The notes beneath the pieces were generated by a model. It saw nothing but the letters and a program-made list of their open reading frames with translations. It was not told the DNA's origin and made no database searches. The translations under genes were made by a program, and so were the position numbers. Shown here piece by piece: positions 12,001-18,500 of a stretch of DNA of 64,000 bases. Source of the DNA: a virus (lineage: Duplodnaviria > Caudoviricetes). The stretch spans positions 2,201 through 66,200 of IMG/VR virus record IMGVR_UViG_3300046660_000364. One strand, written 5' to 3'. The first letter of the stretch is position 1. Each line of letters begins with the position of its first letter.

Positions 12001-15000
12001 ACCGGGTCCTTCGGCGCTTGCGGGTCCTTCGACTGGCGCTTGCCGTCGACGACCTTGCTGGTCGCCTTGGTGCCCACGCCCGAATTGACGTCGAACGCGG
12101 CGACCGGCGCCGGGGCCTGGTCCTTGGCCGGTTCGGCCGGCGGCTGCTCCTGGGCGGGCGCCGCGGGCGCCTGCTCCTGCTGGCCGGACGGCTTGCCCCA
12201 GTCCTTGGCCGAGACCGGCTTGTCGGTCAGCGCGACCGGCGTCAGGCGGTGCTTGCCGTCACCGATCGTGTCGCTCTCGTACAGCTTGCCCTCGTGCTCG
12301 ACGAACTGGCGCAGATCGGTGCCGAAGTTGCCGGCCGGGGCCTGCTCGCCTTCTGGCAGCGCCAGGCTCACCCACACGCTTTGCTTGCCCTGGGTGGAGC
12401 TGGTGACTTTGTAGGTGCGCCCGCCCATCTCGAAATACGGCGACTGCTGGATCTTCTCGGCGCCGGCCTTGAACTGCTCCGGGGTCGGATTCGGGACCTC
12501 GAGCGTGCCATCCTTCTGCTCGGGCGCGGCCGGGGCCTGCGGCTCGGGCTTGGCCGGCGCCTGCTGTTCCTGCGCCAGCTCGGCCTCGGCCTGGTCGAAC
12601 GCCGCGTGCAGCTGGTCCTCGCTGAGGGCGGCGTCGTGCGCCGGCTGCGCGCTGCCATCCTGCGCCAGCGTCTGCTGCGCCTGGCTGTACGGAATGAAGC
12701 GCACGTCCGGGAACCGCGCCTGCAGGGCCGGGATCGCGGCGGCGACCGGATCGGACACCAGTACCGACCTGATGCCGTCGGCCAGCGTCTTGTTCCTATC
12801 GGACAACAGGATGAACGGACCATCCTTGTAGGCGCCACCCGAGGCGGTGCCCAGGCCGGCGCCGACGCCGGCGGCGGCGTCCCTGGCGACCGTCAGCGGG
12901 GCGGTGTCGAACTGGCGGTTCGGGTTGATGCCGTTGGCGAGGATGTTCAGCAGCTGGCCCATCGGGTTGCTCTTGGCCAGGCCGTGGGCGTCGTACTGCG
13001 AACCGACGTCGGGGGTCACGCCGCCGGACTCGTTCCAGGCGTCGAAGTGGTCGTGGTGCTGGCGCGTGACGACGCCGTCGGCGCCGGGCGCGAACTGGGT
13101 GGCGTTCCATGCCTGCACGACGTCCTTGTTTTCCGGCGCGTACAGCGCGCGCAGGCCGTCGTGCATGACGTCGGCCGTGTGCGGGCTGGCCGGCTGGGCT
13201 GGGGCCGGGATCTGCATGGCCGGGAAATACGCCGGGTTGTAGGCGGTGGTCGTGTTGCCGCCCTTGAGCCACTGCTTGAGGCCGTCGACGGTGGTGGCGG
13301 TGATGTTCTCGCCGCCCTGCCAGCCCTGGGTATAGTGCGCGTCATACGCCTTGCGGGCCTGTTCCTGGCTGTTATAGCCCAGCATGACCTTGTGCTCGTC
13401 GAATTCGCCGGTGTCCTGGTTGATCTGGTCGACGATGAAGACGTGGTGGCTGGCCGGGTTCGGACCGATATACGTGTCGACCGCATCGCCGTCGGCGCCC
13501 TTGGTGCCACGGATGTAGCCGTAGTGGTCCTGCATCTGGGTCGACCATGGCGTGCCATCCGGGTCCTTGCCCTCGCGGGTAGTGCCGACCGGGTTCTCGA
13601 TCATCAGGTCGATGCCCTGCAGCTCGCCCTCGCCCTTCTTGTAGTTGCCGGCGTGCTTCTGCGCCTCGGACGGCGGCTTGCGGTCGTTCTGCTCGCTGGT
13701 GGCGGCCTGGTGCGCACCGGCGTCTAGCGCGGCGGCGGCGGCCGGGTCGATGCGGGTGATGTTCTCGATCGGGATGCCTGCGGTCGAGCCTTCGACCATT
13801 GCGTACCTGCCGCTGGGCGAGAACCCGGTGATGCGGGTGCCGCCCTCGAACATGTCCTCGCCGTTCAGCGTCACCTGCACCTGCTCGCCGACCTGCAGGC
13901 CGACCGGCGCGGCCGGGGCCTGCGCGGCGGCGGGATCGACGGCCGGGGTGGCGGCGTCGGCCGGCGGGGCTGCGGCGCCCTGCTCGAGCGCCGGGTCCTG
14001 GACCGGGCGCACACCGAACGCGCCGGCCTGGACCGGGTGCGGCACGACCTCGTGCGGGATGCCGGTGGTGCGGGTGCGGTCGTCGGCCTGCTTCTGCGCG
14101 GCCTCCTGGCGCATCGGCAGCATCGGGGTGGCCAGGCCGGCGGCGGTGGCCATCGGCCCGGCGGGCGGGGCGCCCATGTCGGCGCCGGCGTCGGGAGAGT
14201 CGAGCGGGTCGATGCCCGGCTGGGTGGCGGCCGGCGCGGCCGGGATCGCGGCCGGGTCGGCGAACAGCGAACCATCCAGCGTCAGCGGCCTGTTGGCCGA
14301 GATCGCGCGGGCGGCGTTGACGCGGAAATTCGTGGCGGCCTGCTGGTCGACCTTGGCGATCTCGGGCGCGATCTCGGCGGCAATGCGGGTGCGCTGCTGC
14401 TGGTCGGCGTCGGCCGAGGTCAGGACGTCGTTGCGCTGCTGCTGGCGGTGGGCGTTCACGCCCATGCCGGCCAGGCCGAACGGCGCCAGCAGCGCGGTCA
14501 TGCCGATGGTCGGCAGGATCGCCTCCTTGGCCGCGTCCCACGGCTTCTTGTCGTCGATGCCGTAGCGCGCCTCGGTGTAGGCCTCGGCGGCGTTCTGGCC
14601 CATTTCGGTGCCGACCTCGCCGATCATGGTCTCGGGCAGCTGGTGCAGCCAGGGTTTCAGCACCTTGGTGTTGGTGGCGCCCTGCAGCGCCTGCTCGGCG
14701 GCGGTGCCGGTGGTCTTGCCGATCGCGCGCCCGGCCAGGCCGAACATCTTGCCGCCGAGATAAGTGCCGGCCGTCTCGCCGAACCACTCCTCGGCGCCGG
14801 TCTCGCGTGCGGCGGCCAGGGCGTCCGCCTCGGGAAGCCCCTTGGCGCGCGCCTTTTCCAGCGTTTCCTGGGCCTGCGCCATGCCGGCCGGGGCCGAACC
14901 CAGCACGGAACCGGCCAGCAGGGCGGCGCCCTCGGGCGCACCGACCCCGGAGGCGATCAGGCCAACCCCGACCGCCGGCAGGATCGACTGCGGGATCATG

Positions 15001-15392
15001 CGCGCGCCCGAGGCGAGCGTGTTGGTCACGACACCGTGCTGGGCCTCCTGCGGCTGCAGGTCGGGCCGCTTTTCCTGCTCGCGCCCGTAGTCGGCGATGC
15101 TCTTGCCGATCTCGTAGACCTTGTTGCCGGGGTCCGAGGTCCACTGGATCGCCTGGCCCGCCATCTTCGGCAGGTCCGACACCGCGCCGGCCTTGAGCTG
15201 GTTCAGGACCTCGCCGACCGCCCCGCGCCGTTCGACACCCGCTGGCAGGTCGTACTTGTCGAAGTAGTTGCCCTTGGCGCTGTGCTGGTCGTACTTGTCG
15301 AAGTAGTTGGCCTTCGGCGCCGCGGCTGCCGGCGCGGGCGCGGCGGGGTCGAGCGGATTCGGGACCAGCGTCGGCTTGGTATCGTCGGACAT
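1..15392 (-). CDS. Giant polyvalent (DarB-like) virion/ejected protein, >=5130 aa, 3' end outside window; InPase-like, DUF6884-like, LPD1/HExxH, N6-adenine MTase and strawberry-notch SF2 helicase domains
   Basis: AGGAG RBS then ATG at 15392 (MSDDTKPTLVPNP). Frame read manually at several points down to position 3, and the track lists no terminated ORF in this frame. Motifs: HYGYIRGTKGADGDAVD/FDEHKVMLG (~13250-13710), IIACTDEK..LYKG..LSAKHGLV (~10120-10540), AHEWFHALD and ELLARAAESWV (~5540-6460), EPSAGTG and NPPF (~3590-4200), GDGTGVGKGRE, DEAH, QGFGRTHRSN (~620-3060). Confidence 0.9.
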   Translation of the reverse strand, partial: MSDDTKPTLVPNPLDPAAPAPAAAAPKANYFDKYDQHSAKGNYFDKYDLPAGVERRGAVGEVLNQLKAGAVSDLPKMAGQAIQWTSDPGNKVYEIGKSIADYGREQEKRPDLQPQEAQHGVVTNTLASGARMIPQSILPAVGVGLIASGVGAPEGAALLAGSVLGSAPAGMAQAQETLEKARAKGLPEADALAAARETGAEEWFGETAGTYLGGKMFGLAGRAIGKTTGTAAEQALQGATNTKVLKPWLHQLPETMIGEVGTEMGQNAAEAYTEARYGIDDKKPWDAAKEAILPTIGMTALLAPFGLAGMGVNAHRQQQRNDVLTSADADQQQRTRIAAEIAPEIAKVDQQAATNFRVNAARAISANRPLTLDGSLFADPAAIPAAPAATQPGIDPLDSPDAGADMGAPPAGPMATAAGLATPMLPMRQEAAQKQADDRTRTTGIPHEVVPHPVQAGAFGVRPVQDPALEQGAAAPPADAATPAVDPAAAQAPAAPVGLQVGEQVQVTLNGEDMFEGGTRITGFSPSGRYAMVEGSTAGIPIENITRIDPAAAAALDAGAHQAATSEQNDRKPPSEAQKHAGNYKKGEGELQGIDLMIENPVGTTREGKDPDGTPWSTQMQDHYGYIRGTKGADGDAVDTYIGPNPASHHVFIVDQINQDTGEFDEHKVMLGYNSQEQARKAYDAHYTQGWQGGENITATTVDGLKQWLKGGNTTTAYNPAYFPAMQIPAPAQPASPHTADVMHDGLRALYAPENKDVVQAWNATQFAPGADGVVTRQHHDHFDAWNESGGVTPDVGSQYDAHGLAKSNPMGQLLNILANGINPNRQFDTAPLTVARDAAAGVGAGLGTASGGAYKDGPFILLSDRNKTLADGIRSVLVSDPVAAAIPALQARFPDVRFIPYSQAQQTLAQDGSAQPAHDAALSEDQLHAAFDQAEAELAQEQQAPAKPEPQAPAAPEQKDGTLEVPNPTPEQFKAGAEKIQQSPYFEMGGRTYKVTSSTQGKQSVWVSLALPEGEQAPAGNFGTDLRQFVEHEGKLYESDTIGDGKHRLTPVALTDKPVSAKDWGKPSGQQEQAPAAPAQEQPPAEPAKDQAPAPVAAFDVNSGVGTKATSKVVDGKRQSKDPQAPKDPVEAALYHGAWWHAAGRAYNAVLDVWNPADAAARARLQPLLDKQGELSAAHMNLFHSAKNRSNLARRGDELSEREKAQADQVDANSARYVEAVRAEAVSLRDGGPVPAAQQEEKAKPEAKAATPDAQQDKPAGVDYPNRRLGFQKAVTSEQDAYNDHAWANIAAANMKVGDKFELNGKQQSVESISDKNLKLKDADGKVRSLNPDGVAWDQFKRDLASQLVVENLQAKNIMKPARPLIDILKRDPAVHVDSNGSVYLRDGGLVPAAKQEQKPEEPAAPPSGQQRDAAHRAKLEEDKAEFAWDMVEQASQKLTDDADVARLQPLADEYKGAAAEHRKAREAALKQLDEKERKAFDQEQKARDVQITAEVAKTADAVQARIDEALASKQDETEEAAKPGKTRSFTEDEKRAIAGISLGTGNLVNKELELGLPDHIRPNTIAALREKLLGMDPDKVRPYIDGAVRRYERERAEALPVVQNQQRIHVYDEKEAKPLLIIACTDEKLPGRHAAIDLYKGAMFDVLRKWMPKNAMDVYVLSAKHGLVRAGAVLSSYDEKMTPARQQELIAEGVMVSDFKDKNFSEVYIAGGQLYAPVATAYTEQLRAAGFVGPDAKVAGTVGFIGQQRGQLGEYLRTVHERLGTLPERPAPLEVGVRVRIKRLTKAPVAGVSLKDANRFAGRMGTVEREMIVGENRYFIVNLDDTPEKVERQQEFHSGFLDVLTPAEQAAPGELADDVEKRKAQIREQVEAALGADKQLVAQADLAGTGNRFVDFKDSYKAAFEKALGQMAKDGKIEARDVQVFTDSLDKLPGYLDRAARQFISDHHGAHNEELKTLAVKWGYAEDTAPKDGYFPDYETALKYDNKRTGKEQFSFEIQVAQAPNQQWAYSFGYQQGGKGGNATGRALLRPRLDSTPSASRMLAIEAAGQAIRQDLSEHGKDSLRTTGAILTAVKGAREAEAAQQALLAEDTAQAKRLVKGFASVEQDTRRVALLQHIASLEKRLHTKLTADETRAVNKGIKSARAELGKLPAGRVTAAGARDLRLQSTTVAPGMQPKTEALNPFESDTYTHWLKGATELVRGKLPADLESVYAAYHQQHDGQQPLTKELFAQLLEQNAKNAPALKGWLGALDAGPRENVLAAMRALREQSDGYSREYQKLAPRQGEIPAGGAHVDAFARGEGIATLLRRIGMGDTVADALAAAKHDTHQILSNWNSYRRDYQVHRSPASVDTLLEDAARRLNDAVKAEVKAEARPEVKAEPKAGAKQDAPGTRRYPKTVRTAVAERLQKLLDGFDADRNTPEGAARMGIRSVIEELGKEKTVIDLADLLEEASSRLMRKFGPQARVLDDVIDDLNEAENKPEAAPEDEGALAGSRPMSPKQFETDLKDHGKVRFGDATFEVKPAGRGGFGRIQADTYTVEVSYPYSNKVIGFQQNLSLQQAVEAARSDAFDWWDNRRVKEAEFAKKREKLVRAGQRELFGVLSKDAALMKTMDGRLSTEFGSVASGPIKDWVAREKAGEIDADRRLMLDNLVINGQPTLPKEFYESLYKYLKRAEKRAEKEIDRDPAVYQAELVKAAQAVGIPPDMIALFKTGFDHALAGKTKSTLPQVTQLQQGYEAGAAWIKSDEGQAWFTGRRGKKLENTGAALRRWFDESKRRIKEVTADNMTGSYQIIKDQASRVEAFANVAGEGATPGVKRYITALRDDIKPFQEWLLDTGPLASLYGEIGYRESDSGKIARFLDGRAYPYIHDATGKRTSMEDADAQARLELLQEAAATYNARLQGVAEALAGVTNIAEAAQRFQDYTVKDKTARNWSNNRLSEAGEQLHRMMRGSSYGFEPEGRQTTGLLKNEAEPDGPSNRKQALLVPKLDRVVREGEKLPDHRNGQNVTPQQMKETFGFADVGFGRYVAARQDQDHLNYAFDAFMDLANLLGISPKHIGLGGTLHFAIGALGHGRHAAHFQAKQPHPDGGTVPVINVTNTKGDGTVAHEWFHALDHALNQGYTSTSWVQHTAVQRLVKLLSSARDVEALAGKLQLAVRGRSFMRRGRRNTPIYDLKSEAGLIQNAEGVLRYETGQQSAMPTDYKREADTMGADYWGNPKELLARAAESWVHDTLGGVSNYLVNPDWVGEGKIKAPQYKGAPYPMGEERKLFNDGVQALVKALQFSDSGVTLDIEKFNQEFPDQDRQYREAIESLKAQIPSMVRAHLAQKEATALANQYAKDEAERARQEQARAEQQAREQAERDAEAARLREELEKQQQQAAEPAAGPLSESDLENLFDQAESELAEEQQEQPEAKDPGEAAKADHWTQEDYQHLIGLIDDGQVFLLADPSRGLSIIHDMPGQYTEHKGFGLFHTKTPEYDVTWDGGGEMRQTPGGKSYTLVSIKEGREAFLKSINWDQAKTKLQAKLIVKTGPKAAPTLSAEQEKSAKQLIGEAAKLGVTGIEESLKGLIQLFGGNALKSFPAGFDEDSYKAAKPHFEKALVAFQAAGKTLVDLFKMLIQHFGPGIRPYAIQFAKEQGLSANLSAPASSTERIAQQVQQWLASGQTFGSKQLFEAADKAFGGTQAEGKYSVKDAYDAMEAGVNRHIMAQQVTPDGSATDAVHKIEQLDKWTQMLATQSRRTEEMDEYQQFSTPPSEAFAAAWLANIRPGEQVLEPSAGTGSLAIYAKLAGADVVVNELSSRRAEVLKTVLPEARLFQENAEQLHNILPDEVKPGVILMNPPFSATAGRIQGARDTMNGALHIEQALKRLSEGGRLVAIVGNGMAADKPAFKKWWSQIRRDYNVRVNIGVDGSNYAKYGTTFDNQILVIDKTGPTTGTVVTGQVKTLAELPALLEGIRNERQAPQNTDGAYAPGEPAADQQGGDRVPAGPETTGDRAGGADADPLGSGERDQSGAGESGRPGRGPDDGAGQRDGNQLGAEKGGAVPDQPGKPGGRGADGRGTGGSGNTRGRSGTADREPVQRDGGERPVKGEVTVESTDQAAATGELSDAIFENYTPQRLSIPGAKAHPGKLVQSSAMAAVLPPAPSYAPNLPKAVIEQGMLSLAQLEAVVYAGQAHSQMLPGNKERRGFFIGDGTGVGKGREIAGILLDNQRQGRTKAVWLSAKQGLLRDAKRDFGGVSGNPDQLLPHNKFKADATIDAKSGILFTTYDTLRSGSTLQQGGAGLAGDGTMSAEQLKKTYPAGTAVEFRGRPGTLVSWETRGHKAKIALANGVQTTVRFDELSKVGGNSGWGGISHLKEDKKAGGKSRLQQIVDWLGKDFDGVIAFDEAHNMGNVVERKGKRGKTKPAAKALAGLALQAALPNARIVYVSATGATEVHNLGYASRLGLWGEGSAFAKVTDFIGGIESGGVAAMELVSRDMKAQGSYLARSLSFDGVTYDRLEHELTPLQTDIYNELARAWQGVLQNIDAALKATLQDKNPKAKSAALAQFWGSHQRFFNHVITSMQMPSIVEAAQRDLDAGHAVVMQLVNTNEAEQERQAAKIADDDDAVPEDFDFTPRETLINYVRNSFPVQQHEEYTDENGAKQTRPVVDAKGNPVFNREMVALRDQLVKNLEQIRVPDNPLDMILRAFGTSNVAEITGRGRRFVQVQDKKTGSFTVVEEKRPASSVPADADAFMADKKRVLVFSDAGGTGYSFQSDLNVKNQRRRVHYLVQPGWRANNAVQGFGRTHRSNEANQPHYVLPTTNLKAQKRFISSIARRLDQLGALTKGQRETGGQGMFSATDNLESQHAIDALHNLFVDMYNGQASLNFTETTAALGLNGLIDVQTGALNYSKLPTVPQFLNRLLSLETTRQDVVFDEFFRRLEETIERAKAQGTFDAGMETLRADKVAKLRDEVVYEDKRTGATTRYVELELTHPTHFNPFSQAQQEAARWGDKFLGFFRNERTNKVFALMRTGTSTDAKSGQVVTRGARLHTTGGYRYGDGIDAVLAGARGDKTVKKTITPMLYAPPDNERLVEKYVKFGTGNTEVTSGRLADLLLQRGLERVEQTILSGPRGEERDAYLRLL
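3116..3508 (-). CDS. Nested out-of-frame small acidic protein (130 aa) inside the giant ORF
   Basis: GGAGGG SD 8 nt before ATG; normal globular composition and GC3-rich codons in this frame, while the giant frame becomes a G/R/D/P-rich linker over the same interval. Confidence 0.75.
   Translation of the reverse strand: MNDKLLKIRMARTLLVNQLPINKAAIAFLPGQKPLATEPAVLTLIRWGLENGINPVPASPGDPDEDRMMAQVNAMATSWEPKKAVRFLTNPESPEDVVLTAEELADQETPEDAAELLIENLYNAMVANAP
15248..15309. repeat. 23-bp direct repeat encoding a duplicated NYFDKYD motif at the giant protein N-terminus
   Basis: ggtcgtacttgtcgaagtagttg at 15248-15270 and 15287-15309. Confidence 0.9.
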
Positions 15393-15554
15393 TGCGTATT
15401 TCTCCTAGATGGCGCGCGGGCGCGCCTGCGGATCGGTCATGGATACCATCGGCCACTGCTGGGTTCGGGTGCCGACAGCATAGCTCGCAGGGTGGCTCCA
15501 AGTCAGCGGGTTGACACGCCCCCCCTGGGCGAGGTAGGACAGCGCGCGCACGCC

Positions 15555-18500
15555 TTATTTCTTGTTGCTGGCGGCCGCGTAGGCAGCGGGGCCGTACTTG
15601 GCGAGGAACTCCGGGGCCAGCGCCGGGTTCGCCTTGAGATCGGCGATCGCCTGCGGGTCGGCCGGCGGGTAGACGCGGTCGGCCGGGTGCTCCAGCCACT
15701 CGTTGGTATCGCGCCGGTAGGCGCGCTGCGGGCGCTGCATGCCGGAGGCGTCGAAGCCGCCGCCGATAGTGACGAGGTTGTGGTCGAATTTCTGCGCCTC
15801 GGCCGCGATCTTGGCCGCCTCGACGCTGCCGCCAGCGGCGATCTGGTGGCCGCGGTTGGCGTACTCGCCCTGCAGCGCGGTCTTGGCCATGTCGGCGCCG
15901 TGCGGGTTCACGGCGAAGCGCTGGGCCTGCTGCGCATTGCGCAGGTACTGCGAGATCACGCCGTCGCCGCCGGCCAGCACGTTCGACGGCACGTAGTTGG
16001 TGCCGTCGAGCAGAAGGCCGTTGTTGTCGACCTGCACGCGCGAGGCCATGGCCGGGTTGGCCTGCACCACCGCCTGGTAGGCCTCGTAGTTGGTGCGCAT
16101 CCTGGCGGGGTCGGCCGCCTTGCCGTCCAGCGTCACGCCACTGGCGTTGTCCAGCGCCACGCGGTTCGTGAGTTCAGGGTGGCGCTCGAGGGTCCCGCGC
16201 AGGTTGTTATAGGCTGCCTGGGTAATGTCCGCCCCGCCGAAGCCTGGCACGACCATGTGGGTGGTGCCGTCCGGGTCGATCACCTGCACCATGCCGGCCA
16301 GCGGGTTGCGCACGTCGCGCGCCGGCCCGGCAGCAACCTGGGCCGGTGCAGACTGGGCGCCGCCACCGCCCATGCGTCCCGTCACCTGGGCGCCGTACTG
16401 CAGGGTATCCGGGGCGTTCGGGTTCCTCGGGTCGCGCACCGCGATGCCCTGGCGCGCCTTTGCCATGCCGCCCGGCCCGCCGTAGTAGCCGGCCGCCGCC
16501 AGCGCCGGGTCGCCACCGGCGGCGTCCCACATCTGCTTGGCGTAGCGGATGCCGGCGCGCATGTTGTGGTCGGTGTTCTTGATGTCCCAGCCGGCGTCGG
16601 CCATGTCCTTGAACGTGCCCGGCCGGACCTGCATCGGGCCGACCGCGCCGCGGTTGCTAGTCGGGGCGTTGGTGCGGCTGGTGTTTTCCTGTCCGTGCAG
16701 CGAGCGTGCGAAGTTGACAAAATTGGGATCGGCGGCGCCCTCGGCCGCCAGTGCCGCCTCGAACTTCGGATTGGCGGGCGCCACGCTGGCGCGGGCGGCG
16801 TCGGCCACCGGGCCGGCATTCTCCTGCTCGCCCTGCAGCTGGGACAGCATCTGCTGGTACTGCTGCTCGATGCCATCGCGCCGTTCCTGGCGGCCCTTGA
16901 AGGCGGTGATGCGCTCGCGGTCGGCGTCGGAGGGGCCATTGAAGCGGCTTTTCGCCTCGTCGTACTGGCGCACCAGGCTGGCGTCGTCGACCTGGGTCGA
17001 GGTATTCGCGGCGCCGTCGACCGAGACCGCGCGGATGATCGGCTTGCCGACCTCGTCCTTGCCGACGGTGACGTTCTTGTACACCTTGCCGTCCTGCTCG
17101 AAGGTGGCGCCGGCGTCCGGGCGGCCGTCGATCACGCTGACGCGGTCGAGCAGCTTGCGGTCGGCTTCGCTCGGCTGGTGGACCGTGATCTGGCCACGGT
17201 CGCGGGTTTCATAGGTGGTGGTGCCGTCCTTGTGGTTGTCGGTCTGGTAGTAGGCGGCGGTCGGGTCCTGCGCTTCCTCGTTGTCGATCGTGCCGAGCGC
17301 CTCGTCGCGCGCGTTGGCGGCCATCGCGCTCATGTTCGGGCGCGCCGGCGCGGCGGCGGTCCTGGCCGGTGCCGCAGCCGGTTTCTCGGCCGGCTTGGCG
17401 GTCTCGGCCGGCTTGGTGGCAGGGGTCGCAGCAGGCGCGGCAGCAGCAGGCGCGGCAGCGGCGGGCGCCGCGGCGGCGGCGGGCTTGGCCGGCGTGCCGG
17501 CGTTGGCGGCCCTGGCCTTCTCCAGTTCAGCGGCCAGCACCGGGTGGCGCACCAGCTGGTCGCCGAAGATTTCCTCCATCGACTTGTCATAGCCGAGCGC
17601 AGCCCGCGAGTGGCCAGGAATGAAGTGGTCGAAGAAGTGCGCGATGCCCGAGCCGGTGTCCATCAGCGCTTCCTTGCCGCCCTTGAGCAGGCTGCGGCCG
17701 GCCATCGACAGATCGCCATGCGCGAGCGCATCCAAGGTGCCGCCTGCGGACGAATCGACACCCGGCCCGCCAGTGACCTGGGAAGCGAGGGTCGGTTCCT
17801 TCAGTTTGTAATCGTTGAAGCTGTTGATGACCTGCGCGCCGGCGGCGGCGACGCCTGCACGGCCGAGCAATACCCGGTTCGTGCCGGCGAACTTGCCGAC
17901 GTTGTAGGCGGTGCGCGCCAGGCGCGAGGCGTTGGCGCCGGCCCCGGCCTCTGCGGCAGGTGCGACGGCACCGGCGGCGCGGCCGGCGGCACCGGCGACA
18001 CCGGCGCCCATGCGCTGCTGGGCGGCGGCATCGGCGATGGTGGCCGCTGGCGGCGGCGTGCCGGCGCCCGCTGGCGCACCTGCTGGCGCGGCGCTGCCCG
18101 CCGGGGTCGGGGGCAGGCCGACGCTCGCGCGCAGCGAACCGACGTCCGGTCGCGCGGTGGCGGGAATGCCGGTCGAGGTCGCGGCGGGCAGCTGGCCAGG
18201 TGGCGCGCCGGGAACCCGGGTCGGCACCGGGCGCCCGCTGGCGTCCCGGATGCCGGCGGCAGGCGGCTGGCCGGCGGCGGCCGGGGCCGCAGCGGGGCTG
18301 ACGGCCGGGGCGGCAGCAGCCGGGGCCGGTGCGCCGGCGCGGCCGCTGGCACCGGCGACACCGGCGCCGACGCGCTGCGCCGCGGCGGCCGGGTTGGCAG
18401 CGGCCGGGGCCGGCGCCACTGCCTGCTGGGCGGCCTGGGCAATGCTGCCGCCACCCATGCGGGCGCGCAAGGCCTGGTCGGCCGCGCTCGGGCCGGCGGC

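Noticed and set aside
568-15699. Other same-strand off-frame ORFs inside the giant gene (e.g. 568..2433, 5809..6891, 10343..10888, 13372..15699) as further nested genes
   Set aside because: Shadow-like composition, and the giant frame keeps normal codon bias there, unlike 3116..3508.
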